Positions 40,733 to 52,225 of a DNA stretch of 64,000 bases are shown one piece after another. The stretch comes from Candidatus Bathyarchaeota archaeon (GTDB lineage: Archaea > Thermoproteota > Bathyarchaeia > Bathyarchaeales > Bathycorpusculaceae): NCBI GenBank assembly GCA_963772455.1, contig CAVYXJ010000009.1, positions 149,714-213,713 of the forward strand, given 5' to 3'. Each line of letters starts with the position of its first letter. Position 1 is the first letter of the stretch. The notes beneath the pieces were generated by a model. It was not told where the DNA came from. It ran no database searches and worked only from the letters and a program-made list of their open reading frames with translations. Position numbers and translations under genes: made by a program.

Positions 40733-41758
40733 GTTAATCCCTTGCCTGCAAGTTGTTCTCGTTGCAAAAACGAATTCCGCTTAAACCCATCACCTAATCG
40801 CTCTGTCACTGAAGCTACAAGAAATGGAAAAACCATTAAAGCTTCCCCGATAACCATCACGTGGTCTGCAGCTCCTTTCATTTTGCCCCAGCTCACTGTC
40901 TCTTCCAATGTTGAACCTGACAACCCACCTGTTTCTGGTCGATCTAAAGTAATTACAACTGCGTAATCTAAGCCTTTTTTTGAAGCCAAAGCAGATGATT
41001 GGATAGTGTTTCGGGGCACTCCGCCGCCGATAACTATCATACCGTTTTTGGGTGATTTTGCGCAGATTTGGCAGATGGTTGGCACATCCTTGAAAGCATC
41101 AACAAGAAGCACATTTTTCTGGTCTTTTTGCGAAGCATGAAGCCAATGAATAAAACCGAATTCGGAATCGCGCACAGAAGGAAGGAAAATTGGAGTGTTC
41201 TCTTCATATGCTGCTCGCAGGATAGAGTTCTTATCGGTTAAGCGTTTGCCTATTTCATATGCAAATTCATTTGAAGCCAAACTTGCCCCTTGGCGTTCTT
41301 TGGCGATTTCAGCGTACATTTCTGACAACCGAAAATCTAAGCGAACGTAGTCTTCTTCAGGAACAAAAATGTCGTAAATTCGAAATAGATGGTACTTGTA
41401 GAGTTCTACATCGTTAACTGACCATCCGCCTTTATAGTGGTGTCCACCTACCGCTTCAATTGCGTCATGAACCATGCACGCTCCAGTGCTTACAATCACG
41501 TCGACAAGATGATTTCGGATTAAATCAACGATTAATGTGCGCATTCCTGCAGGAACAACCGCACCTGACAAAGCCAAGAAGACAGTACAATCTTTTTCTC
41601 TTAGCATTCGTCTCATAAATGTCACATGCATCGGCTAATCGTCCAGCACCAAGCGAACCTGAATTTTTGAATTGATGCATCAATTGATCGACTGTTAATG
41701 TCCCATTTATTTTAATATGATTGACTGGTTCTTTGAGGTAATCTTTTCTGTCCATCAA
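40729..41758 (-). CDS. dys: Deoxyhypusine synthase (frameshift near 41620)
   Basis: SGAVVPAG, IGGGVP and GGLSGSTLEETVSWGK with the active-site Lys; the N-terminus is in the adjacent frame. Confidence 0.9.
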
Positions 41759-41925
41759 TGTGCGCCTATAGGCTAGTTAATGTTGAAGTATGGAAATAGT
41801 TTTCGATTTCAAAATGATAAACTTTGAGGAGAAATTGTATTTAGTTTTCTTAGACACTTAACAAAATTGTTGCTTAAAATTTAAACAAAAAAGAAAAGGG
41901 AATTATTTTTTTTGGTTGTATTGTT

Positions 41926-44731
41926 TTATGCGCGTTTTCTAAGGACCAAGATGGTCAATAGACCAACGACTATTATGGCTACGAATAGACCTGCGATTGC
42001 TGGTACGAAGTATAAGTCAGCTGCTGAGTTGTTGTTTGGTGTTGCTGTTGGTGCTTCGGTTGGGTGTGCTGGGTCAACTGCGAATGCGGTTACTGCGTGT
42101 GTTGGATAGTATGATTCAGAGCCTGTGAATGATGCGTATACTGTGTATGCGCCTGCAATGTCTGGTTTCCAGTTGAGGCTGAAGAATCCGTCGTTGCTTG
42201 TGGTTGTTCCGATTTCTCTGAAGTTGCCGTTTGCATCAACAACGCTCAGGGTAATTGGGACACCGGTTGTGTTGCTTGGTCTGCCTTTTTGCATGTATAC
42301 GTATTCCATCCATTGTGCTTGGGCTGCGTCTGAAACTGCTGGGACTCCTTGTGGGAATCGTGCTGCTTGCTCTTGTTGTTTTGTGCCTGCTGAAATGTCT
42401 GTGATTGTACCTTTTATGGTGATTGATGTGCCTAGTTCTGTTACAACGTCTGGTGCAGTTACGGTCATGGATGTTGGTCCTTTACCGATTGCGTAGACTT
42501 GTGCATCATAGTTGTTCCAGTAGACTAGTACGCCGTCTGCTGTTGCAAAGGTCATTGGGTATGCCCATCCGGACATGTCCCAAATGGTTGCACCAGTGGT
42601 TGCGTTAAGAGCGTGTATGCGTTCACCTTTGTAGAGTGGTGTATCTGCAGAGTGTTCGTGTGTGCCAACATAGATTTTTCCGTCAGCGATGAGAGCTATC
42701 ATTTGGACGAAGTTAGGTATTTTTTCTCCGCCAGATGGATAGATGTTTCTCCAGAGTAAACTGCCGTCAGCTAAGCTGTAAGCAGAAACTGCTCCGGTGT
42801 ATCCTCCAGTGTATAGTATGCCGTATGCCATCTTTGTTTGTGTTTGTGAGATTAGGCTTGGCCATGTGAAGTATCCGTATGCTTGGAAGTCAGATTGTGC
42901 ATCGGTTGTTCCAACTAGGGTTCCATCATCTATGTTATAGATTTTGAAGGTGCAGCTTGGGACTACGATTGTTACGAAGCGGTGTTCAGATCCGGATGCT
43001 CTTTCGAACATTTCGTTCTGGTTGGTGGTTTCGTCGTCAATATCCATGTTCTTTTGGTAGGTTACGTTGCCGAATGTTGCTGGTGCAATGCTCATCTTCC
43101 AAATTGTTACTTGATCTGGATATGCATAGCTTGGACCACTTGTGCCTGTTGGCCATGAACCGTTGGTGCCCCATATGTAGTCGCCTACAACACCTGCTCT
43201 GATAGTTGGGTTAGTGGTGAATTTTGCGGTGATTGGAATTTGATATTTGTCATATCTGGCTGGAGTGCTTGCGTTTATTTGATTTGATGATGGGTTGCTA
43301 CCTGCGCTGATCATTGGGACTACTTTTGATGAGTTCCATTGACCCAAGGTATATCCTGTTGTAGTATTTGTTAAAACGTAACGTACGTTTTCACCGTTAG
43401 GTGCATTTAGTTCAAAGACGTTTTGGATGCCTAATGCAGGTACGTTTTGGGGTGATGTAGGAACACCTGTAATGTTAAGCCATGGGAATCCACGTTCTGG
43501 TTGGTAACCGATTGCATAGTTGCTGCTGAATAACCATCCTGGGTTTTGTACTCCGTGTTCGTTAGGATCATCTTGACTGTAGTAGTAACCAAATTGGAAC
43601 ATGTTACCAGTTGTAGAAACACCTAAGCCGCCTGTGTTTGCTTGATCAGCACCAGTGTTAACCTCATAGATGAGTTCACCAGTTTTTAGATCGACACAGT
43701 CCATGAATGAACTTGAGCCAGAGCTTAAGGCGTTAGGTGAGTAGTAGAGTCTTCCGAACATAATGACTTGGTTAGTCCATCTTGGCTGGTATTGTGAACC
43801 AGCGTTGAAGGCGTTACCGATGCCATCACGTGAAAGATTTCCTCCTCCTACTATGCCGTTATCTTCAGTTGCTCTTGTCCATAGAATGTGTGGGCTGTTT
43901 GGTGCAATTCCGTCAGCTTGATATCTGTTTTCTCCACCGCCATTGTCACGGTCATGTGGACCGCTAAGCCAGTTTGAAGAAACAGTATACCATTGGTCAT
44001 TTTGTCCTTCTATTGGTCGTGCCCAGTATTCAGTTGGAATGGATTGAATGATTGGTAAGCCATTGATACTTACTGGTTCTTGTTGTACGTTAACAGTGAG
44101 TGTGTAATTACTTGCTAAGAAAGTTGTACCATAGTAATCTGCGCTACCACCGCCATTTGAGCTGTTCCAGAGGTATTGCAATTGATGGAATTTAACTAGG
44201 AAACTATAGTTTCCAAGTTGGTCAGGTGTATATGCTGTGTAGGTTGAACCTGTTGAGTCAGAAACGAAAACACCGTTTTCGATTCCTCCTTGACCTCCAT
44301 GAACGTTTAATGTTGAGGATTGACCAGCAAGTGGCAAGTCCTCAGTTGTACCGTCTGGTTTAGTCACAACAATGTCGAATATGTAGCGAATTGGATTACC
44401 TAGATAGTGCGTTTGGTGGTACTTGTGGGTTCATCATGATGACGTTGAATGTTTGGCCGACTCCTACTGGATTAGGTGATGCAATTCCAAATGTCCATGT
44501 TGGAATTTGATCGTGGAATCTTGTCCAAAGCAACAGCCTGTTTGCTGAAGCGTTAGAGTTCATTCCATTCCAGTACATGCCTGCATCAATAGCGGCTGCG
44601 GTTGCATCGTTATAGTTTATTCCGTTTCTTACTACTGCTTGTGTTGTTTGTAGAGATCCAATTGAGATAGCCATTGAAGTTACGAGAATCATTGTAATTA
44701 CAATAGCCATAGTTTTATTTTTTATTTGCAT
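41926..44731 (-). CDS. Large secreted PQQ-like beta-propeller / S-layer-type surface protein (frameshift near 44400)
   Basis: Signal peptide, PNPVGVGQ, PTEYWARPI, ADGKIY..EHS and WMEYVYMQ; C-terminal TM plus basic tail. This pattern is typical of Bathyarchaeia. Confidence 0.85.
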
Positions 44732-45066
44732 TTTTTCTTTTTCTCCAATTTTTATTTTTTGAACGAAGAGGTTATTGTCTTCGTTCAATCCGACAAGTGT
44801 AAGCAGCTTAATTAATAAAACTTATGGAAAGTAGCCACTTACTACACAAAAAACGTTGTTAGCCAATAATTCTAAATATATTAACTAGAAAACAAAAAAA
44901 CATAAATATATTTTACAAAATATTTACTTTTATAAATTGTATTGTCTATAAATTATTATATTTTGTTTAGTTCTTAAAAAAAGGAAAAAAACACGAAATA
45001 AATTAGCAATTTGAGCAAATAACAACCCTTTTATCTGCAACGGTTTTCTTTTTAAATAGATATTAT

Positions 45067-45498
45067 ATGCCAACGGTAAAAGAAATAATGACTAAAGAAG
45101 TTGTAACAATTGACCCCAACAAAACCGTTTTTGAAGCTGCCGAGCTCATGTCGTCGAAGGGTGTTGGTTGTGTAATAGTAGTAATCAAAGCATTTCCCGT
45201 TGGAATAATCACTGAACGCGATATAGTCAGAAGAATCGTAGCAAAACGAAGCTCTCCAGACGTCAAAGTTACAGAAGTCATGACTAAAACAGTTATAACA
45301 ACTGAACCTGACACCTCACTTAAAGAAGCTGCAAGATTGATGTCAACTAACAAAATAAGAAGACTACCCGTTCTCGAGAATAACAAATTGGTCGGAATAG
45401 TAGTCGCTTCAGATTTTGTGCGAAATGCAGGGAAAAAAACTACTACTGAAGAGATACTTGATGCGCTGGGACGTTACCCAAATAGATCAGACATTTAA
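45067..45498 (+). CDS. Tandem CBS-domain protein
   Basis: VKEIMT, GIITERD, IRRLPV and LVGIV. Confidence 0.93.
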   Translation: MPTVKEIMTKEVVTIDPNKTVFEAAELMSSKGVGCVIVVIKAFPVGIITERDIVRRIVAKRSSPDVKVTEVMTKTVITTEPDTSLKEAARLMSTNKIRRLPVLENNKLVGIVVASDFVRNAGKKTTTEEILDALGRYPNRSDI

Positions 45499-45582
45499 AA
45501 TCAAGGATTAAACGAAAAATTCAAATGTTTTCTATTTTTTAAAAATTTTTCCAGTAAAAACTTCGCATTAACTTAATAAATT

Positions 45583-45660
45583 TGGCGGGTCCGAAGGGAT
45601 TTGAACCCTTGACTTTCAGCTTAGAAGGCTGACACGCTATCCGTACTGCGTCACGGACCC
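45583..45660 (-). tRNA. tRNA-Arg (TCT), CCA encoded
   Basis: GGGTCCG/CGGACCC acceptor stem, anticodon loop CT-TCT-AA and 3' GCCA. Confidence 0.95.
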
Positions 45661-45862
45661 GCATAAGGCATTCTAAATGAAATGCTTCCACATATAATTT
45701 TACCTATCGCTTTCCGACAAAACCTATCTTTGTAGTAAATGCAGTCTGCTCCTAGAATAACTTGTTCGAAAAGTATCTGTGTATCGCATCACTTGCTTGA
45801 TAGTAATTATCTTCTTTTAATTCTTAAAATAGTAAATCAATGATTTCTCAGAAAAAATAAGG

Positions 45863-45886
45863 TGTGACTGCTTAGAGACAATCACA
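45863..45886. promoter_or_regulatory. Palindromic operator candidate TGTGACTG-N8-CAATCACA
   Basis: Lies 4 nt upstream of the TATA-like CTTAAT of the cupin gene. Confidence 0.55.
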
Positions 45887-45931
45887 CAGGCTTAATTGTT
45901 CTTAATATGTTAACTAAGTTGGTGAATTGAA

Positions 45932-46237
45932 TTGACAGAAAATATACTTGACCCAAAAGATGTTGCAAGTAACGTTTACAACTTTATAATGGAGAATGAA
46001 CGTGTCCGTGTTTTCAACGCAACTTTTAAACCTGGCGAGATTGCTGCAATGCATCATCATCCTGATCATGTTGTTTATGTGCTTAAGGGTGGCAAAATTA
46101 AGTTGACTTCTGAAGGAAAGACTGATGTTTTAAATCTTGAAACTGGTAAAGCAATTTTCATAAGCGAGCAGGTGCATGAAGCGCAAAATATTGGACAGCT
46201 ACCGCTTGAGCTTTTAGTGGTTGAGCTAAAGAAGTAA
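45932..46237 (+). CDS. Cupin-domain protein
   Basis: ENERVRV, MHHHPDHV and HEAQNIG..VELK; SD GGTGA. Confidence 0.88.
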   Translation: MTENILDPKDVASNVYNFIMENERVRVFNATFKPGEIAAMHHHPDHVVYVLKGGKIKLTSEGKTDVLNLETGKAIFISEQVHEAQNIGQLPLELLVVELKK

Positions 46238-46279
46238 CATCAAACAGAACTTACTTTCTCTATTTTTCGGGGATTCTAG

Positions 46280-46639
46280 TTGTCAGCAAAGTTAAACGAA
46301 GTAACAAATTGGAACTACCGAAAAACAGATCAAAGGATAATTGTCATTAAAACAAAAAACGATAACATTCGCAAAGCAGCTGTTCTTGATGTCTTAACTA
46401 ATCTACACTTTGCAATAGATGTTCCAGAAAACATTTCTATGGAAAGTTTAATTCCTGAAAAGGAATATTTAGCGCATCTAAAGGTCTATACATCCAAAAG
46501 TCATCAAGGAATTGATAAAGAATTCATTAACTTCTTTGATGCAATTGACGTTGACCAAGCCCTCGAGGATTTTATTAAAGCTTATTGGATTTACCCGAGC
46601 AAAATAAGTTTTGAACTCGCAGAGTTGGAAGAACCCTAA
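46280..46639 (+). CDS. Hypothetical protein
   Basis: 119-aa ORF. Confidence 0.6.
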   Translation: MSAKLNEVTNWNYRKTDQRIIVIKTKNDNIRKAAVLDVLTNLHFAIDVPENISMESLIPEKEYLAHLKVYTSKSHQGIDKEFINFFDAIDVDQALEDFIKAYWIYPSKISFELAELEEP

Positions 46640-47547
46640 GTCATCTTAAGACCATGTGTGACGAATTTTTCCGGGTTAAATAGTTCTATATCCTTGTAGG
46701 TTTGACCAACTCCAATGAACAGGATAGGCTTTTTTGTTACATAGGTTACGCTTAATGCTGAGCCACCTTTTACATCTGCATCTACTTTGGTAAGAATTGT
46801 TGCATCGATACCAACGGCTTTGTTGAATTCTTCAGCCTGCATAATTGCATCATTACCAATAAGAGAATCCACAACGAAAACTGTTAAGTCAGGCTTTACC
46901 ACTCGCTTCACTTTAACAAGTTCATTCATTAAATTCTGGTTAGTCTGCATTCTACCAGCAGTATCAATCAAAACAATGTTAAGTCCATGTGCTTTTGCAT
47001 GGCTTACAGCATCAAAACCTACCGCAGCTGGATCTCCGCCATAAATACTCTTAATCACTCGCATGCCTAACCTTTTACCATGCTCTTCCAACTGTTCAAT
47101 TGAACCAGCACGGTAAGTGTCAGCTGCAGCAAGAATTACAGAGTAACTTTTGTCACGCAGAAACTGAGCCACTTTAGCAATTGTGGTGGTTTTTCCAGTT
47201 CCATTGATACCTACAAACATCAAAACAAAAGGTTCTTTTTTCTTTCGTTTTTCCTCAGCTATTTTTAAAATGTCAATTCTGATGTTGGTTAACATAACTT
47301 CTAAGAGAACTTGACGAAGGTTATCGTCAACAATTTTTTTACGGTCTTCTAACCGTTTAACTTGAACACCTGCCAAACGCTTTTCGAGTTCATCGCAGAT
47401 TTTATCTGCTACAGGAAAAGCTACATCATTTTCAGCTAGACTCATTTTAAATTCAGATAAAATAGGAGCTAAGTTTTCGGTTTTAAGTTCAGTTGTTGTT
47501 ACTTTAGTTATTAATCCTTTAAAACCGGATTTTAGCTTATCAAACAT
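46636..47547 (-). CDS. ftsY: SRP receptor FtsY
   Basis: GINGTGKTTT, DTYRAG, DTAGR and TKVD; the last few codons may be frameshifted. Confidence 0.97.
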   Translation of the reverse strand: MFDKLKSGFKGLITKVTTTELKTENLAPILSEFKMSLAENDVAFPVADKICDELEKRLAGVQVKRLEDRKKIVDDNLRQVLLEVMLTNIRIDILKIAEEKRKKKEPFVLMFVGINGTGKTTTIAKVAQFLRDKSYSVILAAADTYRAGSIEQLEEHGKRLGMRVIKSIYGGDPAAVGFDAVSHAKAHGLNIVLIDTAGRMQTNQNLMNELVKVKRVVKPDLTVFVVDSLIGNDAIMQAEEFNKAVGIDATILTKVDADVKGGSALSVTYVTKKPILFIGVGQTYKDIELFNPEKFVTHGLKMT

Positions 47548-47551
47548 TAAA

Positions 47552-47989
47552 CTAATGTTTCCCTTCTCTTGTCGAAAGCATGCTTTCAAGTCTGCTTCTG
47601 CCAGAATTGATGCGCTCAGCTACTTGACTGAATTGTTGTTGGGCTGCATGCATTGTTTTCTCAAGTTCATCTAAGCGTTCTTTAAGAGTTGCTTTTGCTT
47701 CCGGAAGGGTTTTTTCAACTGACACTCCTGAACCCATTCCAATAATAACTTTGTTTGTATCTGCAAGCTTCACTTTAACATATGAACTTCCGCCGATTGG
47801 AATAAGCATTTCAGAATTTTCTTTTTCTTTTTCCATACCGTCAAGAGTCATATTGGCATAGTTTATGTCGGTGAGAGCTGCATTTACCATGCTTATTCGT
47901 TGTTGCAATGCATCTGCGGTTTGTTCGAGGTAACGCATTTCCATGCTGAGGCGGCGGAGTTCTTCTTCAGCTTTCTCTCGTTGCGCCAA
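47552..47989 (-). CDS. pfdA: Prefoldin alpha subunit
   Basis: LIPIGG and IGMGSGVSVEK; conserved position. Confidence 0.95.
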   Translation of the reverse strand: MAQREKAEEELRRLSMEMRYLEQTADALQQRISMVNAALTDINYANMTLDGMEKEKENSEMLIPIGGSSYVKVKLADTNKVIIGMGSGVSVEKTLPEAKATLKERLDELEKTMHAAQQQFSQVAERINSGRSRLESMLSTREGKH

Positions 47990-47994
47990 AAAGT

Positions 47995-48222
47995 CTACGC
48001 TCCAGCAACAATTTTCTTCAAGATTGGGTTTTTGATTTGGTCAACAGAAATTTCTTCAGAACTGATAATTTTTATGTGATATCTTCTAACGCGGTGTCTA
48101 CTGCCTATTTCAGCATAAACTTTCTCGACTGCGTGTTCACTTTTTTCAGCTAAGAGTTCTCTAACAAATGAAGTTGATAATCTGGGCTTGTTGATTGTGC
48201 CTGTTACTTTGAAAGTTTTCAT
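47995..48222 (-). CDS. rpl18a: Ribosomal protein L18Ae/LX
   Basis: EKVYAEIGSRHRV; located between eif6 and pfdA. Confidence 0.93.
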   Translation of the reverse strand: MKTFKVTGTINKPRLSTSFVRELLAEKSEHAVEKVYAEIGSRHRVRRYHIKIISSEEISVDQIKNPILKKIVAGA

Positions 48223-48902
48223 TTTTCTTCTTCCTGCACAACATCCAGTGCGTTCCCAATTATAAACATCTCGGGTCCAGTTGTCATAGAACCAGCAACA
48301 GCTGCGTGACTATTCGCAAGCAAGCCTGTCCCAACATATGGAACTCCACAATTAATAGTACCTACGTCCACTGGGACTTTAAAGACATCTTCAAGAATTT
48401 TTTTCTCTTCGTCCTTTAGCAATGGGTGTGCTAATACACCTTTGTTAGTGGCTACAGCCAAAGAACCAACATATGGCAAACCCGCGATTTCTGTTGGAAC
48501 AGCTTCAACACCCAAAGCCTTAGAGATTTTGGCTATTTCAGTCTCTTTGAATCGTGGATCCACAATTGCACCTTTATCATTAGCTAAAACTAGATTACCA
48601 TAAGCAGTTTTCTTAGAATCCATAATAGTTATGTTGCCATCAAAAACCATTTTTATTGCAGCCAATTCTTCTTCGCGAATAGCGTTAGACACCATCAAAC
48701 CCAATGAGTTTGCACTCACCAATGAACCAGCCAAAACAGAACCAGAGATAGATGTGTAGGCAAGCTTAACTTTTAGGTAGTCAGCGAATTCTTGAGCTTT
48801 TTCAAGCGGAACCATCCGCGGAATTAAAACTATATTCTCAGTTGCTAGCGCATATACGCCTATACTTGCGCTTCCCACGATACTTGATAAGTAAACAGTC
48901 AA
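48219..48902 (-). CDS. eif6: Translation factor aIF6
   Basis: GNLVLANDKG, NKGVLAHP, GTINCG and TTGPE. Confidence 0.96.
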   Translation of the reverse strand: MTVYLSSIVGSASIGVYALATENIVLIPRMVPLEKAQEFADYLKVKLAYTSISGSVLAGSLVSANSLGLMVSNAIREEELAAIKMVFDGNITIMDSKKTAYGNLVLANDKGAIVDPRFKETEIAKISKALGVEAVPTEIAGLPYVGSLAVATNKGVLAHPLLKDEEKKILEDVFKVPVDVGTINCGVPYVGTGLLANSHAAVAGSMTTGPEMFIIGNALDVVQEEEK

Positions 48903-49091
48903 GAAATAAATCCCCTGATGAATGTTATTAGCGAAAGTTTCACGCGATACTCCCTTTTTTAGATTGTGGTGTTTTTTATTGGTTTACAAAAATATTTTGA
49001 TAAATAGTTACAAATTTTAACTTTTTACTTTAGATAGAGAATAGAATACCTTAAGCAAATAAAATAATACAAAAAATAAAAAGACAAAAAA

Positions 49092-49568
49092 TTATTTTTG
49101 TGTTTCAGCCAAGTAAACGGTTACGTTACCATCTTTGTCTTTTGTTATGCGTGTCTTTATCTTGCGTGGAGGCTTCTCTATTCCGCGGTCCCAAATTTTC
49201 TCGTTGACTTCTTTGCTAATGATGAGTTGCGGGAGTTCTTCTTCTTCCTCTTCTTCAGTGACTTTCATTGCAATTTTCATGTGTCTGTTTACGAATTCTT
49301 TTACGAGTTGCATTGCTCTTGGAGCACGTTTCTTTGGTGGTCGAACCAAAGCTCTTGACAGGGGGATTGTGTAGAATCTTTCTTCGACAATTTGTTCGTC
49401 TTTCTTCTTTTTCTTAGGCTTAACTTCCTCAACAGCTTCTTGTTCTGCAGGTGCAGCTTCAGGTTGAGCTTGGCCAGAGACAAGTTCAGTTCCAGGTTCC
49501 TCTTCTGGTACAGTTAATTCTTCAATTTCTTCTTCTTTTGTAACTTGTTTAGTAGTTTCTTTGGACAT
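49092..49568 (-). CDS. rpl31e: Ribosomal protein L31e with an acidic N-terminal extension
   Basis: ERFYTIPL, KRAPRA and NEKIWDRGIEKPP. Confidence 0.95.
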   Translation of the reverse strand: MSKETTKQVTKEEEIEELTVPEEEPGTELVSGQAQPEAAPAEQEAVEEVKPKKKKKDEQIVEERFYTIPLSRALVRPPKKRAPRAMQLVKEFVNRHMKIAMKVTEEEEEEELPQLIISKEVNEKIWDRGIEKPPRKIKTRITKDKDGNVTVYLAETQK

Positions 49569-49583
49569 TGTGCTCTAATACTC

Positions 49584-49742
49584 CTATGCTCTTATCTTCC
49601 TGGTTCTCCAGTTGCGTCGTTGCTTAGGATTATTTCTAACTTTACCGTCAGTTCGGGCAATAACCCATGTTGGAACAGACTGTGATTCTTTGCCAGCTTT
49701 GGCTAGTCTGAGTTTTTTTCCTGTTGGTTTAACTCTTGCCAT
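49584..49742 (-). CDS. rpl39e: Ribosomal protein L39e
   Basis: [30 protein letters not shown]; below the ORF-track cutoff. Confidence 0.95.
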   Translation of the reverse strand: MARVKPTGKKLRLAKAGKESQSVPTWVIARTDGKVRNNPKQRRNWRTRKIRA

Positions 49743-49744
49743 TT

Positions 49745-50080
49745 CTATATCCTTCTGATTTTTGTCTCTCGCTTCCGTGATTGAAGCTGAACTAATATCT
49801 GTTTGAGCTGTGCATCTGAAAGTGGAATGGGCAATTTTCCTGTCTGCGCCATCTCAATCAGCTGCATCTCAATACTCTCGGTAAATTCCTGCTTAACCAT
49901 TTTTAGGTTATTTAGCCTTTGCCGAGCTTCAGGCGCTAATATCTTACTAAGTAACGCCTGCTTTTGATTTTCCATCTGTTGCTCTGCTTGAGCTTGCCTT
50001 TGCTCATCACTTACGCGATGCTGCATCGAAGAAAGTTTTCGCTTACGAATCTGGGCAAGCTCGTCATCTGACATTGTCAC
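49745..50080 (-). CDS. PDCD5/TFAR19-like DNA-binding protein
   Basis: [16 protein letters not shown] motif; conserved position. Confidence 0.92.
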   Translation of the reverse strand: MTMSDDELAQIRKRKLSSMQHRVSDEQRQAQAEQQMENQKQALLSKILAPEARQRLNNLKMVKQEFTESIEMQLIEMAQTGKLPIPLSDAQLKQILVQLQSRKRETKIRRI

Positions 50081-50544
50081 TATTCGCCTTGATACTTCTT
50101 GAGTTCAGGGACAGTTTTAACCATTTCTTTAGATAAGTCTCCAGCAACTTCTTGGAGAAGCTTACGACCTTTAGGAGTCATTACTCGTCCTTTAGGCTTT
50201 GACATCTGAATTAAACCAGCGGATTCAAGCTGCTGCAGACCTTTGCGGATTCCGCTTCCACCTGCTTTTCTAACACGGTCACGTTTACTGCCTCTATTTT
50301 TTCTACCGCCATATTCAGCGCGTAGTTTCTCAAGACCGATTGGACCATAAATGTAAACTTTGCGCAGAACCGATGCACTTCGAGTAAACCACCAGTCTGG
50401 ATCTTGCGGCTGTTTCTCAACATGCATGCCTGTTTTAGCGAATGCTGCCCATGGAAGAGGTTGAACTTCGTCAACGTTTTCCCTAAGATACTTTGCTAAT
50501 CTAACTATGAATTTTGAAGCTGGAACGTCATGAGGAGTCGTCAA
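50080..50544 (-). CDS. rps19e: Ribosomal protein S19e
   Basis: DWWFTRSASVLRK, YGGRK and LQQLE. Confidence 0.97.
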   Translation of the reverse strand: MTTPHDVPASKFIVRLAKYLRENVDEVQPLPWAAFAKTGMHVEKQPQDPDWWFTRSASVLRKVYIYGPIGLEKLRAEYGGRKNRGSKRDRVRKAGGSGIRKGLQQLESAGLIQMSKPKGRVMTPKGRKLLQEVAGDLSKEMVKTVPELKKYQGE

Positions 50545-50649
50545 GTTACTCTAATCCTTTGGTTTTTCCTTGCAGTTAAACAATGAAGCCTAATATAAAT
50601 ATTCTCCGAACAACCTGAAGGGTTAACCAAAAAACGTTATTTAGAAATA

Positions 50650-50955
50650 TTATGGTTGAGAAGGCTCTTCTTCAGCTTTACGCTTCCTAAACAGAATGAA
50701 CACGTGACCTCTAACTTCTACTAAAGCTGAATTAGTTTGTTCAGAAGCGTTAACTCCGATAGATTGGGCTGTCACTTCACCTTGCAGGGCAGCGGGCAAA
50801 ATTCTAACCTTAACCATCTTATTTCTTTGCAGTTGCTTCTCGATTTCAGCAGATAATGGAGCGGTCAAACCTTCTTTGCCAACCCAAATCGTTGGGTTCT
50901 CATCTTTCAAAACGTGCCTAACATGGCGCTTCATTCGAGTTGTTATTTTGCTCAA
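50650..50955 (-). CDS. YhbY/CRM-domain RNA-binding protein
   Basis: WVGKEGL, MVKVRIL and VRGH. Confidence 0.9.
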   Translation of the reverse strand: MSKITTRMKRHVRHVLKDENPTIWVGKEGLTAPLSAEIEKQLQRNKMVKVRILPAALQGEVTAQSIGVNASEQTNSALVEVRGHVFILFRKRKAEEEPSQP

Positions 50956-51277
50956 GTTTCTTATGCTCCATTTTCTTTTTTAATAATATACGAGTTTGGT
51001 TACCGCAGTTTAAACATGTTACTACAACGTGAGGCTCCCTTTTCTGCTTTATCCTAATACGGCAATTAACTCCCTGTACAAATAGCGAGTTGCATTGCTT
51101 ACATGTCCCGGTTTTAAACTCTACTGGCAAATGGGTTTTGGCAGCCATGGCAATCTTTCTTGCAGAAACAACATATTGCATAGCCAACTTTGGATTAGCT
51201 TTACAAACTTTCTTGGCTTGATCAAACAGAATTAAGATACGCTGTCTAGCTATTTGCTTAACATTGGATGGATTCAT
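50918..51277 (-). CDS. rnp4: RNase P protein component 4 (Rpp21)
   Basis: IARQRI..L, CKQC and CLNCG zinc ribbon; ATG at 51277. Confidence 0.92.
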   Translation of the reverse strand: MNPSNVKQIARQRILILFDQAKKVCKANPKLAMQYVVSARKIAMAAKTHLPVEFKTGTCKQCNSLFVQGVNCRIRIKQKREPHVVVTCLNCGNQTRILLKKKMEHKKLEQNNNSNEAPC

Positions 51278-51331
51278 CGAGCCTTCCCAAACAACTTGAA
51301 AAACATTGCAACTTACACATAACACTTGTGC

Positions 51332-52225
51332 TCAGTTATTGCCTTTCTGTGAAAGCTCAAACTTCAGCTGATTCAAAGCCACATCCATTTCAAGTGGCTT
51401 ATGCTGCAAAGTTTGTTTTGCTTTTAAAGTGTCAAGAGATGAATCCATCGGACGTTTAGCCGGCATAGTGAATTGAGAAGATAAAACCTTATCAATCAAA
51501 CTTTTATCTAGGCTAAAAACATCTGCGATTTTCTCTGCAAACTCAAATCTACTAACCCGTGTTGCCCCGCACAAATGATAAATTCCAGTTAACTTGCGCT
51601 CTACAACTTCCAAAGTCATTTCAGCTAAATTGGTATTGAGTGTTGGCGTATTCCATTGGTCAGTTATAATTTTGACACGTTCACCTTTTCTAAGGCTTTC
51701 GATGATCCAGAGAGCAAAGTTAACTTTTCCTGCTGCAGGAGTAGAACCATACATAACGCTGGGTCTTGCTATGAAGTATTCTTTTTGTGTTTTGACGATT
51801 TCTTCAGCTTTCAGCTTGGTTACCCCATAATAGTTGATTGGGTTAGGCGAGTCGGTTTCCTTGTAGCGCCCAGTTTCACCACCAAAAACATAATCGGTTG
51901 AGATATAAATCAAAAAAGAACCCGTAGTTTTTGATGCTTCAACAATGTTCTTTGTGCCTTCAACGTTTACTTTCCAAGCAAGTTCCTTATTCAACTCGCA
52001 TTTATCAACATCAGTTAATGTTGCTGCATGAATAACGACGTCGGGTTTTATAGTTTTAAAGGCTTCATCTACTTGCTCTTTTCCAGAAATATCTAGTTTA
52101 ACATAGTTCCCATAAATCGACAAGCTTTGAATATCAGACGAGTAAACCTCAAAGTTTTTTGAAAGAGCAATTTGAGCTAGTTTTGAGCCATAAAGTCCAC
52201 TTGCACCTGTAATTAATAGCTTCAA
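51332..52225 (-). CDS. rfbD: dTDP-4-dehydrorhamnose reductase
   Basis: GASGLYG, STDYVF, YGVTK and DQWNTPT. Confidence 0.95.
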   Translation of the reverse strand: MKLLITGASGLYGSKLAQIALSKNFEVYSSDIQSLSIYGNYVKLDISGKEQVDEAFKTIKPDVVIHAATLTDVDKCELNKELAWKVNVEGTKNIVEASKTTGSFLIYISTDYVFGGETGRYKETDSPNPINYYGVTKLKAEEIVKTQKEYFIARPSVMYGSTPAAGKVNFALWIIESLRKGERVKIITDQWNTPTLNTNLAEMTLEVVERKLTGIYHLCGATRVSRFEFAEKIADVFSLDKSLIDKVLSSQFTMPAKRPMDSSLDTLKAKQTLQHKPLEMDVALNQLKFELSQKGNN

